Shown here: positions 47,824 to 60,311 of the stretch, in pieces | Layout: each line of letters opens with the position of its first letter | Numbering within the stretch: position 1 is the stretch's first letter | Source: Amoebophrya sp. A120 | Taxonomy: Eukaryota > Protista > Dinoflagellata | Reading direction: 5' to 3' | Assembly (NCBI GenBank): GCA_905178155.1 | Contig: CAJINV010000010.1 | Location: 1,308,451-1,372,450, forward strand | Length of the DNA: 64,000 bases | Notes under the pieces: model-generated | Told to the model about the DNA's origin: nothing | Database searches by the model: none | Seen by the model: only the letters and a program-made list of their open reading frames with translations | Translations under genes and position numbers: made by a program

Positions 47824-50800
47824 ATGATGATCAACTTTTGGTTCTTTTCCTCCGTCGCTCACGCGACAGGAGCCAGCAGCAGCGTTATTTCATCCAGTAC
47901 AACTAGAGCCCCCGCCTACAACACGAGTCCGAGACTCGTAGAAAACGGGGCCGCACCACCAGCAGCAGCACGGTCTCGCTCCTCCAAGACCACATTACGG
48001 CGCATGGGAAAAAGCAGAGGCTCCATGTTGAATTTGGAAGCAGCGGGATGGCACAATAACCTCGGAGCAGGCGGGATGATTAACAACAACTCCGGTAGTA
48101 CTAGTCAAGATCTTCAAGAAATAAGACAAGCTCATCTACCCTCCTCACCTGGGACGTTTACGATGGAACAAATAGGCCCCTCCACTTCATCTGGTGCGGC
48201 GCGGCCGGAAGTTGATGGTGCTGCATCAACTTCAGCAGCGCGGGGAACAGCTTCTGGGGTCGTATTGACCAGCACGCCTACTTCTCCACATCAAGATCCT
48301 GTCGCTTTCCAGCCCCAGAAGAAGTCTCGTCAGCAGCAGAATCTTGATATGATAGTGCACGACTCCTCCTCCACCCTCTCGTTTGTGTTGCATGAACAGC
48401 AACACAAGCGCTGACAAAGATGCAGCTTTTGCATGAGAAATTCCTGGAGGATTTTAGTGCTGTTTTGGATTCCGGATTCTGTCATGCAAACAGTGCTAAC
48501 AGGCATAGGGTGGACTTGGAATTTTGCATGACAAATGAGGGGGAGGGGGAGTTGTGCACTTTCATACTTGAGCGGGCAAATCGACGAAACGTTCCCGGTG
48601 TCCCAAAGCCAGGGGCTCCAATTAATATCGGCGTACAACTACAGGCAGGGCAGTCACGACCCTTCGTGTCCGCAACTTTTCTTCCGATAGGAGATGATGG
48701 TGGGACGACAGCACCCGCTGGTAATACTAATAGCGGAGCGGCACGTCAACCATCGGCTAATTATCATGCGGGTGACGGTGGTGCATATGATTATCCGAAA
48801 AGTGATCCCACCGCTCTTGCTGCTGGTGATTTGGCACACGCACAAGGAAGTGGCGCTGCGCAACAAAGCACCGATCCGATAACTTCACCCAGTGGGGGTG
48901 AACCACGACGAAATACAGGGCCAGCGGCCAGCAGCGGAGCTACTTCAGCAGCCATGCCGCTGAGTCTTGAACAGTGGTGGGATCAGACTACGAGGGACAA
49001 AGACGACACGCTGGCCTCGTCTATCGTGCGGGCTAGAGTATGCAGTGCAAAAGTATCGTACTCGTCGTATAAATGCATTACAAATTTTCTCAGCATGAGA
49101 AATGTAATGCTGATTTACCATAGCATAAGAAGAAGATCTGTAATGCATGATTCTTGCAATTACTACGAGCAGTACGATACTTTTGCACAGGATACAGAGA
49201 GCAGCGCAGCAACATTGGCGGGTCATCGGGGACAGGATCTTCTGCGGGGACCATTGGAAGTACGAACGATGTTGTGGGCGGAGTCTTGTCTCCCCAACAG
49301 AGTTCTGGGGGCGGGTACGCAGCGCTGCAAAGTGGCCAACCCGTGCAGACGTCCTCGCAATCTGCTTTCAGCAACAGCGGTCTTCATGCCCAAGAAATAA
49401 GTCCGATGCAGCGCCGCAATTCTGTCAGCGGACGCCTTTTTGGAGCAGGACAAAATGGAGCATCTACTTCATCTCCATCGCCAACGTCGGTCTTCAACAA
49501 CCACGGCGTCTTCCAGAAACATTTTCATCGGCAGCAAGTGATGTCGAGAAGCGTGGGCAACAGTCCGGCCGCTGGGATGAGATCGGCACAGCAGATGAAG
49601 AACGTAGGACCACAGGCGCAACGACTGTATAGTACAGACTCAAACGACCGTCTTGGGGGCCGCAGTAGAGGAGCTGACTCGACGACAATGCGCCACGTTG
49701 ATGTGACACCACATAGTACTTTAACTGATCAACATCACCTCACCATGAAAGCCTCGAGCGGCCGTGGGCGATCGCTTACGCAGGGCCGCTCCTCCAGGGC
49801 GGGCGCGGGAACAACTACCGGTGGAGCTGGTGCTACGGGGAATATTAACATGCGTGGAAGAGGAAGTTGCGCACAGCAAAATCAACACTATCACCATGCT
49901 CCTGCGTCTCAATACTCCGGATCCTCCTGCAGTCCTGGCGTGACCTCTCCGTTCGCGCCCCACGGGCGCGGCCACGGGCTCATTACCAGAACTCTGTACG
50001 AAAGTCACTTGCAGCAACATCAGCAACAGCTGTACGAGCAGGAGCAGGAAGATGCAAGAAGAAGAGCATTATACATCAACCCATACGGTCGCCCACCAGC
50101 ACCTTACGGACAATCCCCCTCCCCGCCCTCCGATAATATGTCGCAGTCCCTTCCGCGGACGATTGGAACGATCAGCAGTTTTTTGGGTGGCGAAAGCCGC
50201 GCCCCGTCAGGTTGTCGACACGTAAGCAGCTGCGGGAGCATATCTTCTCCGGTGGAGCATGATATTGTGGTGGACGAAGTAGACGATCCGTTTCCGTACA
50301 GCTGCAGGAGGTCTTGTTCCCGTGAGGACCACCCGCTGGGCAGAAGCATGTCCGCGACGTCCCGAGAGGCTGGTGCTGGACCACGGGGGGGCAGCTCTAC
50401 AACTTCCAGAGAAGAAGTAGAAGACGTCGCTTTTGACCTCCGGCCCACCTCTCTTGATGCCCCTGCTGCTGCTCGTCTCGCACGGGCGTCAGCATCTTAC
50501 CATTACCTGATGAGCGGCGGTGATTTGTCGGACGATATTAACAACATTCCCGACGTCGAGAGAGGGAACTCGTCAAGCAATCTATGCATTGCCAAAGTAT
50601 CGTGCGTAGTATGAATCGCATGACAACAAATTACTTTATAAATAGTCTCAAGAAGAAACTTGGAATTTCTCATTCAGGTACGACTACGAGGCCAGATTTG
50701 TAATGCATGACTGCAATTCAATACACGATTGCGATACTTTTGCAGAGGATGCGACTGGTTCCAACAACTGCTCACCTATGGTCCAGGAACTCCATTATCA

Positions 50801-53700
50801 AATGCATATTGCATGTCTGGGTCTGCTGGTGGAAAGTTGTGATGCAAATCGCTGAAGAATGGTGGCCGCGGACTCCTGCAAAGATAAGCAGCCAAGCATA
50901 ACAAATTTTTGAGCAGCTATGTGTTCCGTTTTTCGCATCACAGTCACAAACTGCGTTTTTTCTTTTATTTCTCCTTATGCATCACACAGTTAAGAATTAT
51001 CTCAGCCCGCTCGAACATGTTGAGAAACTTGCACTCTTGTTCCATATTAGTTATCACCCAGACATATTTGCTATGCATATTCCCCGCCAGAGGAAGAGTT
51101 CGCCGATAGCGAGTGCTCGCACAGGAGCAGGGCGCATTCACCGCTAGTGAATCAAAGGGCCAGCTGGGTGGATGAGCGTCATGCTCATGAGGTGTCTGAA
51201 GCCAGCAGCAGAAGCTCCTCGCCGGAACTTCGCCCGGGCGGAGTTGTTGATGGTACTAGATGCTGTATTTTACTTAATACTATGGTGCTCTTGCTGAGGG
51301 ATTCGGTTTACATTCAGCGTTCAGCACTGGTAATGTTATTCTGCAATAAAGTTGCTGACTCTGTTGATGAAGACCGCGACGCGATGAAGATGTTTCAGTT
51401 TCGGCATCGCTTCTTTATTCGTAGGGATTTTTCTGTTTCTATTTAGTTTCTTCAATTTCCTTTCCGTTTCCGGTGTGATTGAATACAATTGACGAGGAAA
51501 ATTTCAACCTCTTATTTCTTCATCAGGTCCTACTATGCAATTGCTGTCCACGGTTGCAGCTACTCCCGCGGGACCACATCCGTTAGCGCCACCGTCCGAT
51601 CCGGAGCAAAGCCGGCGCCAAGAGGTTGAGGTAGTGAGATCTTTACGAGATGTTGCCCTCCTGTGCTGATGTTTGATGTGCAGGCGCACGTAGGTGTAGT
51701 TTCTATCTAAGTAGAACTACTAGAGTTAGGAATTTGTTGTTAACGAAAATCTTACCTTGTTCGCTAAGCAAGCTCAATGGTAATGGACCACTTCACCGAC
51801 CGCTGCATTTGAAAAAAAAAAAATGCTAACAATTTTGTGCAGGCCTCGCCACAGAATCAAGTTTCTTCGGCTAGTAATGCAGGGCATCAAGAACAAGCGG
51901 AGGCTCTTTCTTCCGTGGACGACCGGGATCAACATCTGCAGTTGCTGCAAGTGCTTCCCTATAATCATCCAGACGCTGCATCTGATCGTCGTCCCAGAAG
52001 TAGCATCTTCGTCCCGCCGCGGCAGTTTTCTTCTGAGGGTCGTTGCACGACTGACCCGCCCTTTTCTCGACAGAATACCGTCAGCTCCCAAGAAGAGTCG
52101 TCGTCTGGCAACAGCGGTTCATTGCAGCGCGCAGGAGCGGTCTCCTCTTCGGTTAGTACAGAAGCAGTACGACGAGTGTCCAAACGGGGCTTGCACGACC
52201 AGCACCAGCACGGGACGAGCCAACTGTGCAAGAACAGAGCGGCCTGGGACGATAAAGGGCTGTCGTCTACTCCTGATTCCGCCGACGGGCGGGTGATGAC
52301 GGGCGGTGCAGCTGGCGCTGTCGATGACGGTACTACTCAGATGGAGATGAATGCAGATGCTGGCGATGCAGCTGGTGAACAAGAGTACTATACGGATGAA
52401 AATTCTGACCATGATTCCGTGGTCTCCGGGCCGCAAACCCTCAGCCAGCTTCTGGGATTGCAGCTCCGGAACGACGGAAACAGTAGGAGCTCAAGTAAGA
52501 CACCTTCTTCATCGTCTTCGCAAGAAGAACAACACGATCCAGACGGTGCAGTAGAAGTAGAGGCGGCTCGCCGACGAGACACAGACACCTCAACATCTTC
52601 CCCAGCACATGGATCATATGAAGATCCGAGGGAGATGATGATCTTCCCACCAACTGGCGGTGCTGCCCACACCGGTCCACCACAAATGTTGACAGCTTGT
52701 TCATCTCTCCAGAGAGTCGGATCCTCAGCATCTGCCTCTGCGATGCAGCTGCACCAAAAGGGAATAAATACAAAGGATTTATTGTACTCTACTACTTCTA
52801 CTACACTGAGCTGCACAAGAACTCCTGGTGGTAGTTGTGCCACGAGGACCTCCCAGGAGCCGGCGCGGGGAAGTAGAGAAGTCGGGGATCGTTGTGGTTC
52901 TCATCGTGCAGAGGGGTCAGGAGCGCCTGCTGGTTATGGTTTCCCGCCGAAGACTAGTAGTACATCAACTTCCGGACTACTGATATGGCGTTCTCAAACG
53001 TTACATTCTCAAATGTTGCAGGGATTTGTGATGCAAAGACGGCAAAAGAGAAAGGGGCGAGCTTGCAACTCTCGCATCACAAATTCGGCACAGATGTCGA
53101 TGCTGTCTAGCCTTTAGCCCTTCGAGAATTTATCATGCGAAGCAGCTTGGTAGTCTGCAGGCTCGTGGTCATTTTGCATGACAAATCATGTAACAGTTGA
53201 GAGTGTAAGGCTTGCGAATGCCATAACTGAAAGCGAAGAAAAACTCGACAAGCTTCTCGAGCGGACTATCTGACTACATGCTCAACATGCACTATCGCAA
53301 GAAAAAACTGTTTCACTGTAAACTTGTAATGCAGAAACTGTATCTCAAAAGTGTTTGTCTTGCTACACATGCAAGACAGGCGATTTTTGGCTGTGTTTTC
53401 CCTTAGAAACCTCGCATGGCAAGTTTTCCCTGTCACGTGTAACGAACTTGTCATGCCAAACTTGCAAAATCCTTACAGTGAAACACTTTTTTCTCACGAT
53501 ATGCACACACCGAAATATCAGGCTGAAGAAAATCTTCACCCACAACTTCTGCACCTTCGAGTTGTAAGTAAAGTCATTATGCAAGCTGCATATTTTATAC
53601 CACAAGCATTTGTTTTTGTGCACGTATTTATGCATGCATGATTTGTGCGAGTTGAAAACCGAAATTATCACGGATGGTCGATGAAATAGAAACTGTTGTT
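47824..53700 (+). CDS. Orphan low-complexity (S/G/T/Q-rich) protein with signal-peptide-like N-terminus; 3' end uncertain, possibly extending to 54072
   Basis: ORFs 47791, 48420, 49154, 51147 and 51837 join in frame after removing 6 introners and GT-AG introns at ~51253-51526 and 51631-51842; a further donor GTAAGT at 53564. Confidence 0.6.
48348..48566. mobile_element. Introner family D (219 bp)
   Basis: TSD CTTGA; TIR TATGATAGTGCAC / GTGCACTTTCATA. Confidence 0.9.
49039..49194. mobile_element. Introner family B (156 bp)
   Basis: TSD TAGAG/CAGAG; family B TIR. Confidence 0.88.
50583..50751. mobile_element. Introner family B, degenerate (169 bp)
   Basis: TSD CAATC/CGACT decayed; ends in GGATG. 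Confidence 0.8.
50796..51079. mobile_element. Introner related to family A, degenerate (284 bp)
   Basis: TATCAAATGC...GTCTGGG / CCCAGACATATTTGCTATGCATA; TSD TCCAT/TTCCC. Confidence 0.8.
52984..53225. mobile_element. Introner family F (242 bp)
   Basis: TSD ACTGA; sister of 30070. Confidence 0.9.
53293..53501. mobile_element. Introner family E (209 bp)
   Basis: TSD TGCAC; TATCGCAAGAAAAAACTGTTTCACTGTA...TACAGTGAAACACTTTTTTCTCACGATA. Confidence 0.9.
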
Positions 53701-54667
53701 GAAGCTGAAGTAGTTGTAACTGGTCGTAGTTTTCTTCAGTATACGACGTTTGCCCCGGTCGACAAGCAGGACGTAGTCCCTTCCGCGAGGATCCACGACA
53801 ACCCCTCTCTAGTAGTACTTGAAAGCAGCTTCGCCGGCGGCGGTGTTCGTAAGAACGGATTAGAAGCAGAACAAGATGATGACCGCGTCGATGATCCGCA
53901 GGAGGTGAATTACACCGCAGCGTTTGGTGGTCTTGGTGCCGAGGAGTTATTTTCCTTGCCCCCAGCATTTCCGTATCCGTGTGATGCCTACCTGCTATGC
54001 GCAATTACATCGATTAAAGATGTCAATCTGGGTCTGAAAAAAGATGATTTGCATGCATTTGTTGAACGATAAGTTGTGTCCGTTCTTCCGTTCTTTCCTT
54101 GCCAAATAATGCTATGTTTCTTCCTCGTGTACTAATCTTCTCCGCGAGGCAAAAAGTAAGACTCATCAAACGCATATGGATATAATGCATGTTTGAAAAA
54201 AATAAACGCGCGTCGTTTTCGTTTCTTCAAAAGAAGTCCCAGGTATGTTGCTTTTCCTAAGACTACATACCGCGGGGGGTGATCGTGCTGGACAGTGCCG
54301 TGGCTGTTTCATGAGCGAAAAGTTGCGGCCGCTTGTAGTTCTCGGATGTTGCTTTGTCTTTTTTGCTTGATTTGTTTTCGTCATCATGCGGCAGCCTCCA
54401 GGCAGCATGATCGTTATCATCAAATTAAATTATATTTAGGTACGATGGCAATTTTCTGATGAACTTTTCTAAGCTGTCGAACTACTGAAAAAGCGTCTAC
54501 AAAACTAAGCTACCTATAATGAGGCTACTTCGCGCTAAGTGCGCGATCTCTAAAAGCAGGAGAGCTAGTCACTATCTTCTGAAAGGGAGGCTTCTTGTTT
54601 TTGCAACATTTCACTTTGACAAGTATCTTCTCCATATGCCGTTCCTTCTTTAACCTTACAGTGGTAA

Positions 54668-55195
54668 TGTTAGTGGACTTGAGAACACTCGCACACACTT
54701 ACACACGTTTGCTCCACTGAGCTCGTTATCAACAGCAGTTCAATGAATTCTCTCAATTGCAAGAAAGCAAGCAAGTGACGCAAGTCTCTTGCTACGTTAC
54801 ATCCTGTAGGTTCAATTCATCCAAATTCATCACATTCATATGGACCAAACCTGGTCAGAGTCAAGTGGCCAAACAGCAAGGGAGTCCACTCCTCAACCTG
54901 CTCAGATTGGTGCTCGACCCTGGTGGGAGTCAAGTCCCCCAGGGTTACCATTCTGAACGTCTGGACCGAGCTGAGTCCATTCATTTCACTACGATCCTGA
55001 TGGCTTTGCCTTCGTAGTATTTGGGGGATTCGCGGAACATGGTGAAGAGTTTCCTTTAGGATCTAGATAGATTCTGACCATTTCCCTAAGGATCTAGCTA
55101 GTTCAGGTCATTCAGAGCTGTCATTTCATTGAGGAACAGGCGTCATTTGGGGCGATCGTGTTACGCGTGTGTGGGATCGATTTCCATGACCAACA
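54668..55195 (-). repeat. 3' LTR
   Basis: About 6 mismatches by eye to 60369-60896. Confidence 0.95.
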
Positions 55196-55288
55196 CCCCT
55201 CCTCAATCGCTGCGGCGGTGGTGCTAACCTGGATAACGTCCTACCGCACTCCCCTCCTGAACGCGCTGTGGTAAACTAGCTACCCTCT

Positions 55289-58200
55289 CTAGAAACCAAA
55301 ATAAATCGAATAAGTATAGCCTACTTTAGCCTTGCCCTTGTGATTCCCCTCTATAAACGTTTCTAAATCATCCTCATCGTCAGAGGAGTCACAAATAAAA
55401 GACTTAGGGTCGGGGTTATCAATATGGTGCAAGAGTAAGCGTCTCTGCGGCGCACTACACTCGAGCTTCGTAAGACCGTCTGCCTTCATTAGGTAGGTCG
55501 GGCAGAACATGATCTGGCTCGCTGCGTCTCTCACGCGGAGATATCGCAGTGCGTAGCGCCTCGATTTCGGTTTGTTGTCTGTGCTCTTAGCTGTAGTTGT
55601 CGCGGACTGGTTGCCGATCCACAATATGGCATCACCCAGGGAGGGAGATAAGCCATTCTGCTTTTCCACCATGACAGTGGGTAGAGGTTTGAAGAACTCT
55701 GTTTGTAAAGTCATTTTGCTCGCTAAGCACAATAGTGTCGGAAGCAGCTATATACTCCGCCTCCGCCGTGGAGTACGCCCTCACGGTCTGCCGGTTGCTA
55801 CGCCAACAGATCGGGAAGCCGCGGAAGTACATAACGCTACCACTAGTGCTTCGCATGGTCTTGCAGCAGTTCGCAAAACTAGCATCCGAAAACAGATTCA
55901 CATCAGGCAAGTCTCTCCCTTCGGGCAGTAGCTTGCTGTAGATTCTGTTAAATTCTTCCTCAATTTCCGGACTATACGACAGACCCTGCTCTTTCGTTGT
56001 CAGTAGATACTCCAGAATCTTCTTACAGGCGTTTACGACAGGCCGAGTCGCCGGCTTGCCCACATATCTGGCGACAGTGGCAACCGGGACAACAATGTCT
56101 ACCCTGCAGGTGGTTGCAACCCACTGCAGAGAGCCAGCGACCTCTCGAAGGGGAAAACCTTCAATGACTTTAGCTCCTTCAACTTCTTTAGCGAGTTCAG
56201 ACTCGTCGAGGTTTGGCGAGTGGACCGGCTTGCCCGCTTCTGAGACGTGGAATTTCTTACAAATCTTGGATATGTACTCTGTCATCACGATCCTAGCGGT
56301 TCGTAGATTCCAGTTGTAGTACACTATTGACCCGAGGAAGTCGAACTTCTTGGACACAGAGTTAAACTCCGGAACAAGCTCGACGTCGATCATGCGCCCC
56401 TTGACGTGGTGCAAGATCTCCGCAAGTTTTCCAGCCAACTCGGACCCAGTCGGAGGACCTGTGATAAGATTATCGTCGACATACGCTGCCAACTTCAGAA
56501 ACTTCCCAGGGTATTCCAAGCTCGGTTTCTTCCACAGACCTGGCGCAGAGGGACAGGGTTCCCAGCCTAGCTTGGTCAGTACTTCCTCATACTTCTTATG
56601 CCAGAGCCTGGGGGCGTCTTTCAAGCCGTAAAGCGCTTTCTTGAGCTTGGCGATCTCCACGCCGTGCTTTTTCGCCCAGATGGGTGGCAAGCGGCAGAAG
56701 GCATCGCGATCAAGTAAGGCATTGAGAAACGCACTATCAAGGTCGAGCGGGGTCACATCGTCACCGTCTGCGGCTGCAGCGGCTAGAAGTAACCTGTTAG
56801 CGGCATGGGACACAACAGGAGCGAAAGTGTCCAGCTCGCCCGAACGATCAAGATTACCGAGTGCTACTGCTCGCGCTTTCTTCGTACCGTCACGCTTCTC
56901 GGTAAGAAGGATAGCAATAGGCAAAACCTGCTTTGCGGTCGCTAGCTCCTCGTCAGTAGCTGGCTCCCACACTTTATAGGCTTCAAGTCTACAATCTTCC
57001 TTGTTGGTTGCTGCGTTCCATTCGACTGAGTCTTTGCAACGAGCAGGATCCAACTTGGCCGATGTAGTCAAGTAACACTGGACGTCAAGGAATTCCTCGC
57101 CTTCCTCTCTATCATCCTGTGCTGTTATTGCTGCGGCAAAGGCACTAGCGTCCTTTCTCAATTCTGCGAGCTCTTTCTTAGTACGTCTCGCGCGCTTTGT
57201 CTTGTCCTTTCTCCCCTTGGGACGGCCACGACCTCGCGGCTTGGAGTTGCGGTTGCCAGCCACAATCCTTGCCGGAGACGGACTCGTCTTTCTTGGACTA
57301 GATAAGCTGCTGTGAGTGGGGTGATCGTCCAGATTCCCCTCCTCAGGTTTAACACCTTCAGGCTCGGGATGTATCTGGCCCGGATCATCTTCCCTATCCA
57401 AACTTTCAACCACCAACGTCTCTTCAGGACCGTCAGGCTGCCTACCAGTGTGCTCCGAGACATCCACCCCCAGCCGGTGCACAGCCCTTTTGATCAGACC
57501 GAAACACGGGAGAGATGGCGCACACGACGCTCCACTAGGTAGGGCCTCGATTGCGTCACACTCGACAGAGATACCCTTGGAGTTAGGAGCTAGGTCTTCA
57601 ATATTCTTCACGAGGTACTCCTCACGGAACTTGACGTCGATGGTAGAACACTCCATCCAACGATGTCCCGCGGCGGACCGGCCGTCCGTGACATACGTCC
57701 CAACCCGCCAGCCCGAAGACTTAGGACAAAGGCCGAGAAATACACCACGACGAAATGGCGCGGCCAGCTTTGGAGCAACCACCTCTACTCCCCCCTCAGG
57801 AGCTTCATGAGCTTCGCCTTTCTTGACTTGTTCACGAAAATAAACGAGACAACCAAAACGCCTTAGCATCCTTGTGCCAACTTTTGAGCTGTTTCTTCCA
57901 GTTCTCTCATCCAAAATCTCTGCAGGAGTCTTTCCGTCGTACTCAGGCACTTTGCTATACTTATGCGGAAGGCGGTCCCAGCATGCTGCAGCGTACTCGA
58001 CCGAGTAGCACCACAGACGCTTGCCCACGTTCACCAACATCGCACGCACAGCGCCGAATATGGTCCGCGTAAAGCGTTCGCAGGTTCCGTTCTGCTCTGG
58101 GTTGTGCTCTGGGTTGTAGGGAACCGCAGGAGCATCACCGACCCGCAGCGATTGCATGACCTTGGTCATGGATTCACTGCCCAGAGCTGGCTCATTGTCC

Positions 58201-59123
58201 CAACGGACGAACCATGCCGCTTTGTCCTCGAGGGTCAAAGCGTAGCTCTGGCGAATGCCTTTTGTTACTTCTTCCAAAACCTCAACGCAGTCACTTTTCA
58301 GCTTAAGAGGGACACAGAGACACTTCTTGACGGCATCACAGATGACCACAAGCACGCAGGTGCGTGACCGAATCGATACAGGTTTAATACCTACCGCGAA
58401 ATCCGTCGCTAGTAGTTTCAATGGTTCAGGTTTGTAGTTACTAGTGTCGCGCTCTTTTGCGTGAGAGCTTCTTGCGCCCTTCGCTTTGTCGCATTCGGGA
58501 CACTGGACACTAAGACCATCTACATGAAAGCGCCCGAATCTTCTATGTTGTTCTAGACGCGTAAGATGACAGCTAGCAATACTTTCTTCGATTGTAATGC
58601 ATGCAATATCCTCCGCAGTGTCTCTAGTCGCCTGACCCCGGAGGCCCATCACGAAAAGATCACACCCAAGGACTGGGAGGGTCAACCTCTCGTGGTTCTT
58701 GATTGGTAGCATCTGACCGGATTCCCTGTTGACGAGAGAACCGCCAGAGCTGTTGAAGTTCAGATCCCACCCACGATCACTGAGATTGTCCTCACCGAGC
58801 CACGGAAGAATGCGATCAATATCTCTTGGCAAATGTTTAAAATAGACGCCATAGGGCAAACCTAGAGCGTTTTCCTTCAGTTTTCCTACAAAGCCATCAC
58901 GAGCCCCGGCCGTGCCGTTGATGCGACAGACGTTGCTCGAGATGTCAATAAAATCCGATTTGTGTCTAGATAAATACTTGTTTGCACATGAATCGACCAA
59001 GCTCACTTCGTCCTTGGTCTGTGCAGTAAAACAGCTAGAAGAATCTACATCAGAATCCCCTAAATTCTCGAAATTTAGCACACAACTACCATGCTCCGAG
59101 ATATAAACTCCTCCGTGATCTGG
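55289..59123 (-). pseudogene. pol: copia pol (protease, integrase, RT, RNase H) with a frameshift in RNase H near 55700
   Basis: LVDSCA, HRRFG..CPEC, LATDF/WDNE/QNGTCER, KKALYGLKDAPRLW, YVDD, FSDASFA, STAEAEY; the RNase H end (NQSA...KADGLTK) is in a different frame, ORF 55289-55732. Confidence 0.88.
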
Positions 59124-60311
59124 TCAGGCTGGTCCTTGCCAGACCCAACCGCCCTGCTTTCCACCGGCTCCTTGCCCTTGATTCTGGTTGTTCATCTGGT
59201 TCTGGTTCACCGGCGGACACCACTGCGGCTGCTGGTTTCCCCAGGCACCACCCCACTGACCTTTCCCTTGATTGTTAGGATTCCAGCGGCAGCGGTCCGC
59301 CTTATGGTTTTCCTTGCCACAGATCCAGCATTTGGGTTTGGTCACAGTGTTGTAGGGAGTGCTCTGGTTCCGACCAGTCTTGCCACCACCTTTCTGGCCA
59401 CTTCCACCCTTAGTGTTAGACTTCGGGGGCAGGCCATGGGCAGCCAGGACACTCGCTTCGGTCTGCTTGCGTAGTTTGGCTTTCATGCGTTTCAAGGCTT
59501 TCGCCGAGAACACCTTGCCAGAAGCAGCATTCTGACCATCATCAGCGGAGTCCGGCTCCTCGTCATCGTCGTCATTTTTCTGACGCTTATTTCCCTTCTT
59601 GTTCTTCTTCGACTTCTCCTCAACGACCGGGAAGGCCTTGCCGAAGGACGGGTTCGCAATCTTGTGCGACCCCTCCTTGACCAACTGCGCGAGCTTCTTC
59701 TCGAGACGGTTCCCGATCTCCTGCAAGGTGATGCGATCGGACTCGTCCACGCAGCGGTCGATGGTCTGGCGGAAGGCCGACGCAAACATCTTGGGCAACT
59801 TGTCCAGAATGTTCTTGACATGCTGATCTTCAGCCGGACGCCCGGGCTCCGGGACGTAGACACTCGGCGCCATCTCCATCAAGTCGTGGATCTGGGCCAG
59901 GAACGTCGGAGCATCCTTCGGCGCGTCGCGGTTGTCGAAATGCATGGCGTCGATCGAGGAGGTCTTGATCTGCTGCTGGTCACGGGATGCAACATTGAAG
60001 CGACCCACATCACGAACACGCATGAACAACTGCGCAGCGTCGTCGTTGATGTAGTGCTGACTGTTGACCCACGTGGACACGGACCCGGTGCGCGACTTGT
60101 AGATGGCATCCCTCAGGTCGCGCCACTTCTCCCGGATCGCATTATTGGCAGTATTGTTCGCCTGCGGAATCCCCGGAGGGTTACCAGCAAGACGATTATC
60201 CCAATACTCCTGGAGCCCGAGGCGAGAAACCTCGTTCGTGACCCCGCGATGCCAGGCGCGCCAGTCCTGCGCGCTGGACAGCTTCGCCGTCAATTTCGCC
60301 TCTTGGCCCAT
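59124..60311 (-). CDS. gag: copia Gag with CCHC zinc knuckle
   Basis: CWICGKENHKADRC; ATG at 60311. Confidence 0.88.
   Translation of the reverse strand: MGQEAKLTAKLSSAQDWRAWHRGVTNEVSRLGLQEYWDNRLAGNPPGIPQANNTANNAIREKWRDLRDAIYKSRTGSVSTWVNSQHYINDDAAQLFMRVRDVGRFNVASRDQQQIKTSSIDAMHFDNRDAPKDAPTFLAQIHDLMEMAPSVYVPEPGRPAEDQHVKNILDKLPKMFASAFRQTIDRCVDESDRITLQEIGNRLEKKLAQLVKEGSHKIANPSFGKAFPVVEEKSKKNKKGNKRQKNDDDDEEPDSADDGQNAASGKVFSAKALKRMKAKLRKQTEASVLAAHGLPPKSNTKGGSGQKGGGKTGRNQSTPYNTVTKPKCWICGKENHKADRCRWNPNNQGKGQWGGAWGNQQPQWCPPVNQNQMNNQNQGQGAGGKQGGWVWQGPA

Noticed and set aside
1-54072. All host genes on one strand as a novel operon-like cluster
   Set aside because: Unidirectional gene blocks are well known in dinoflagellates, and these genes are functionally unrelated.
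54757-55017. 86-aa ORF duplicated at 60458-60718
   Set aside because: It lies inside the LTRs, antisense to the element, and has no ATG start.
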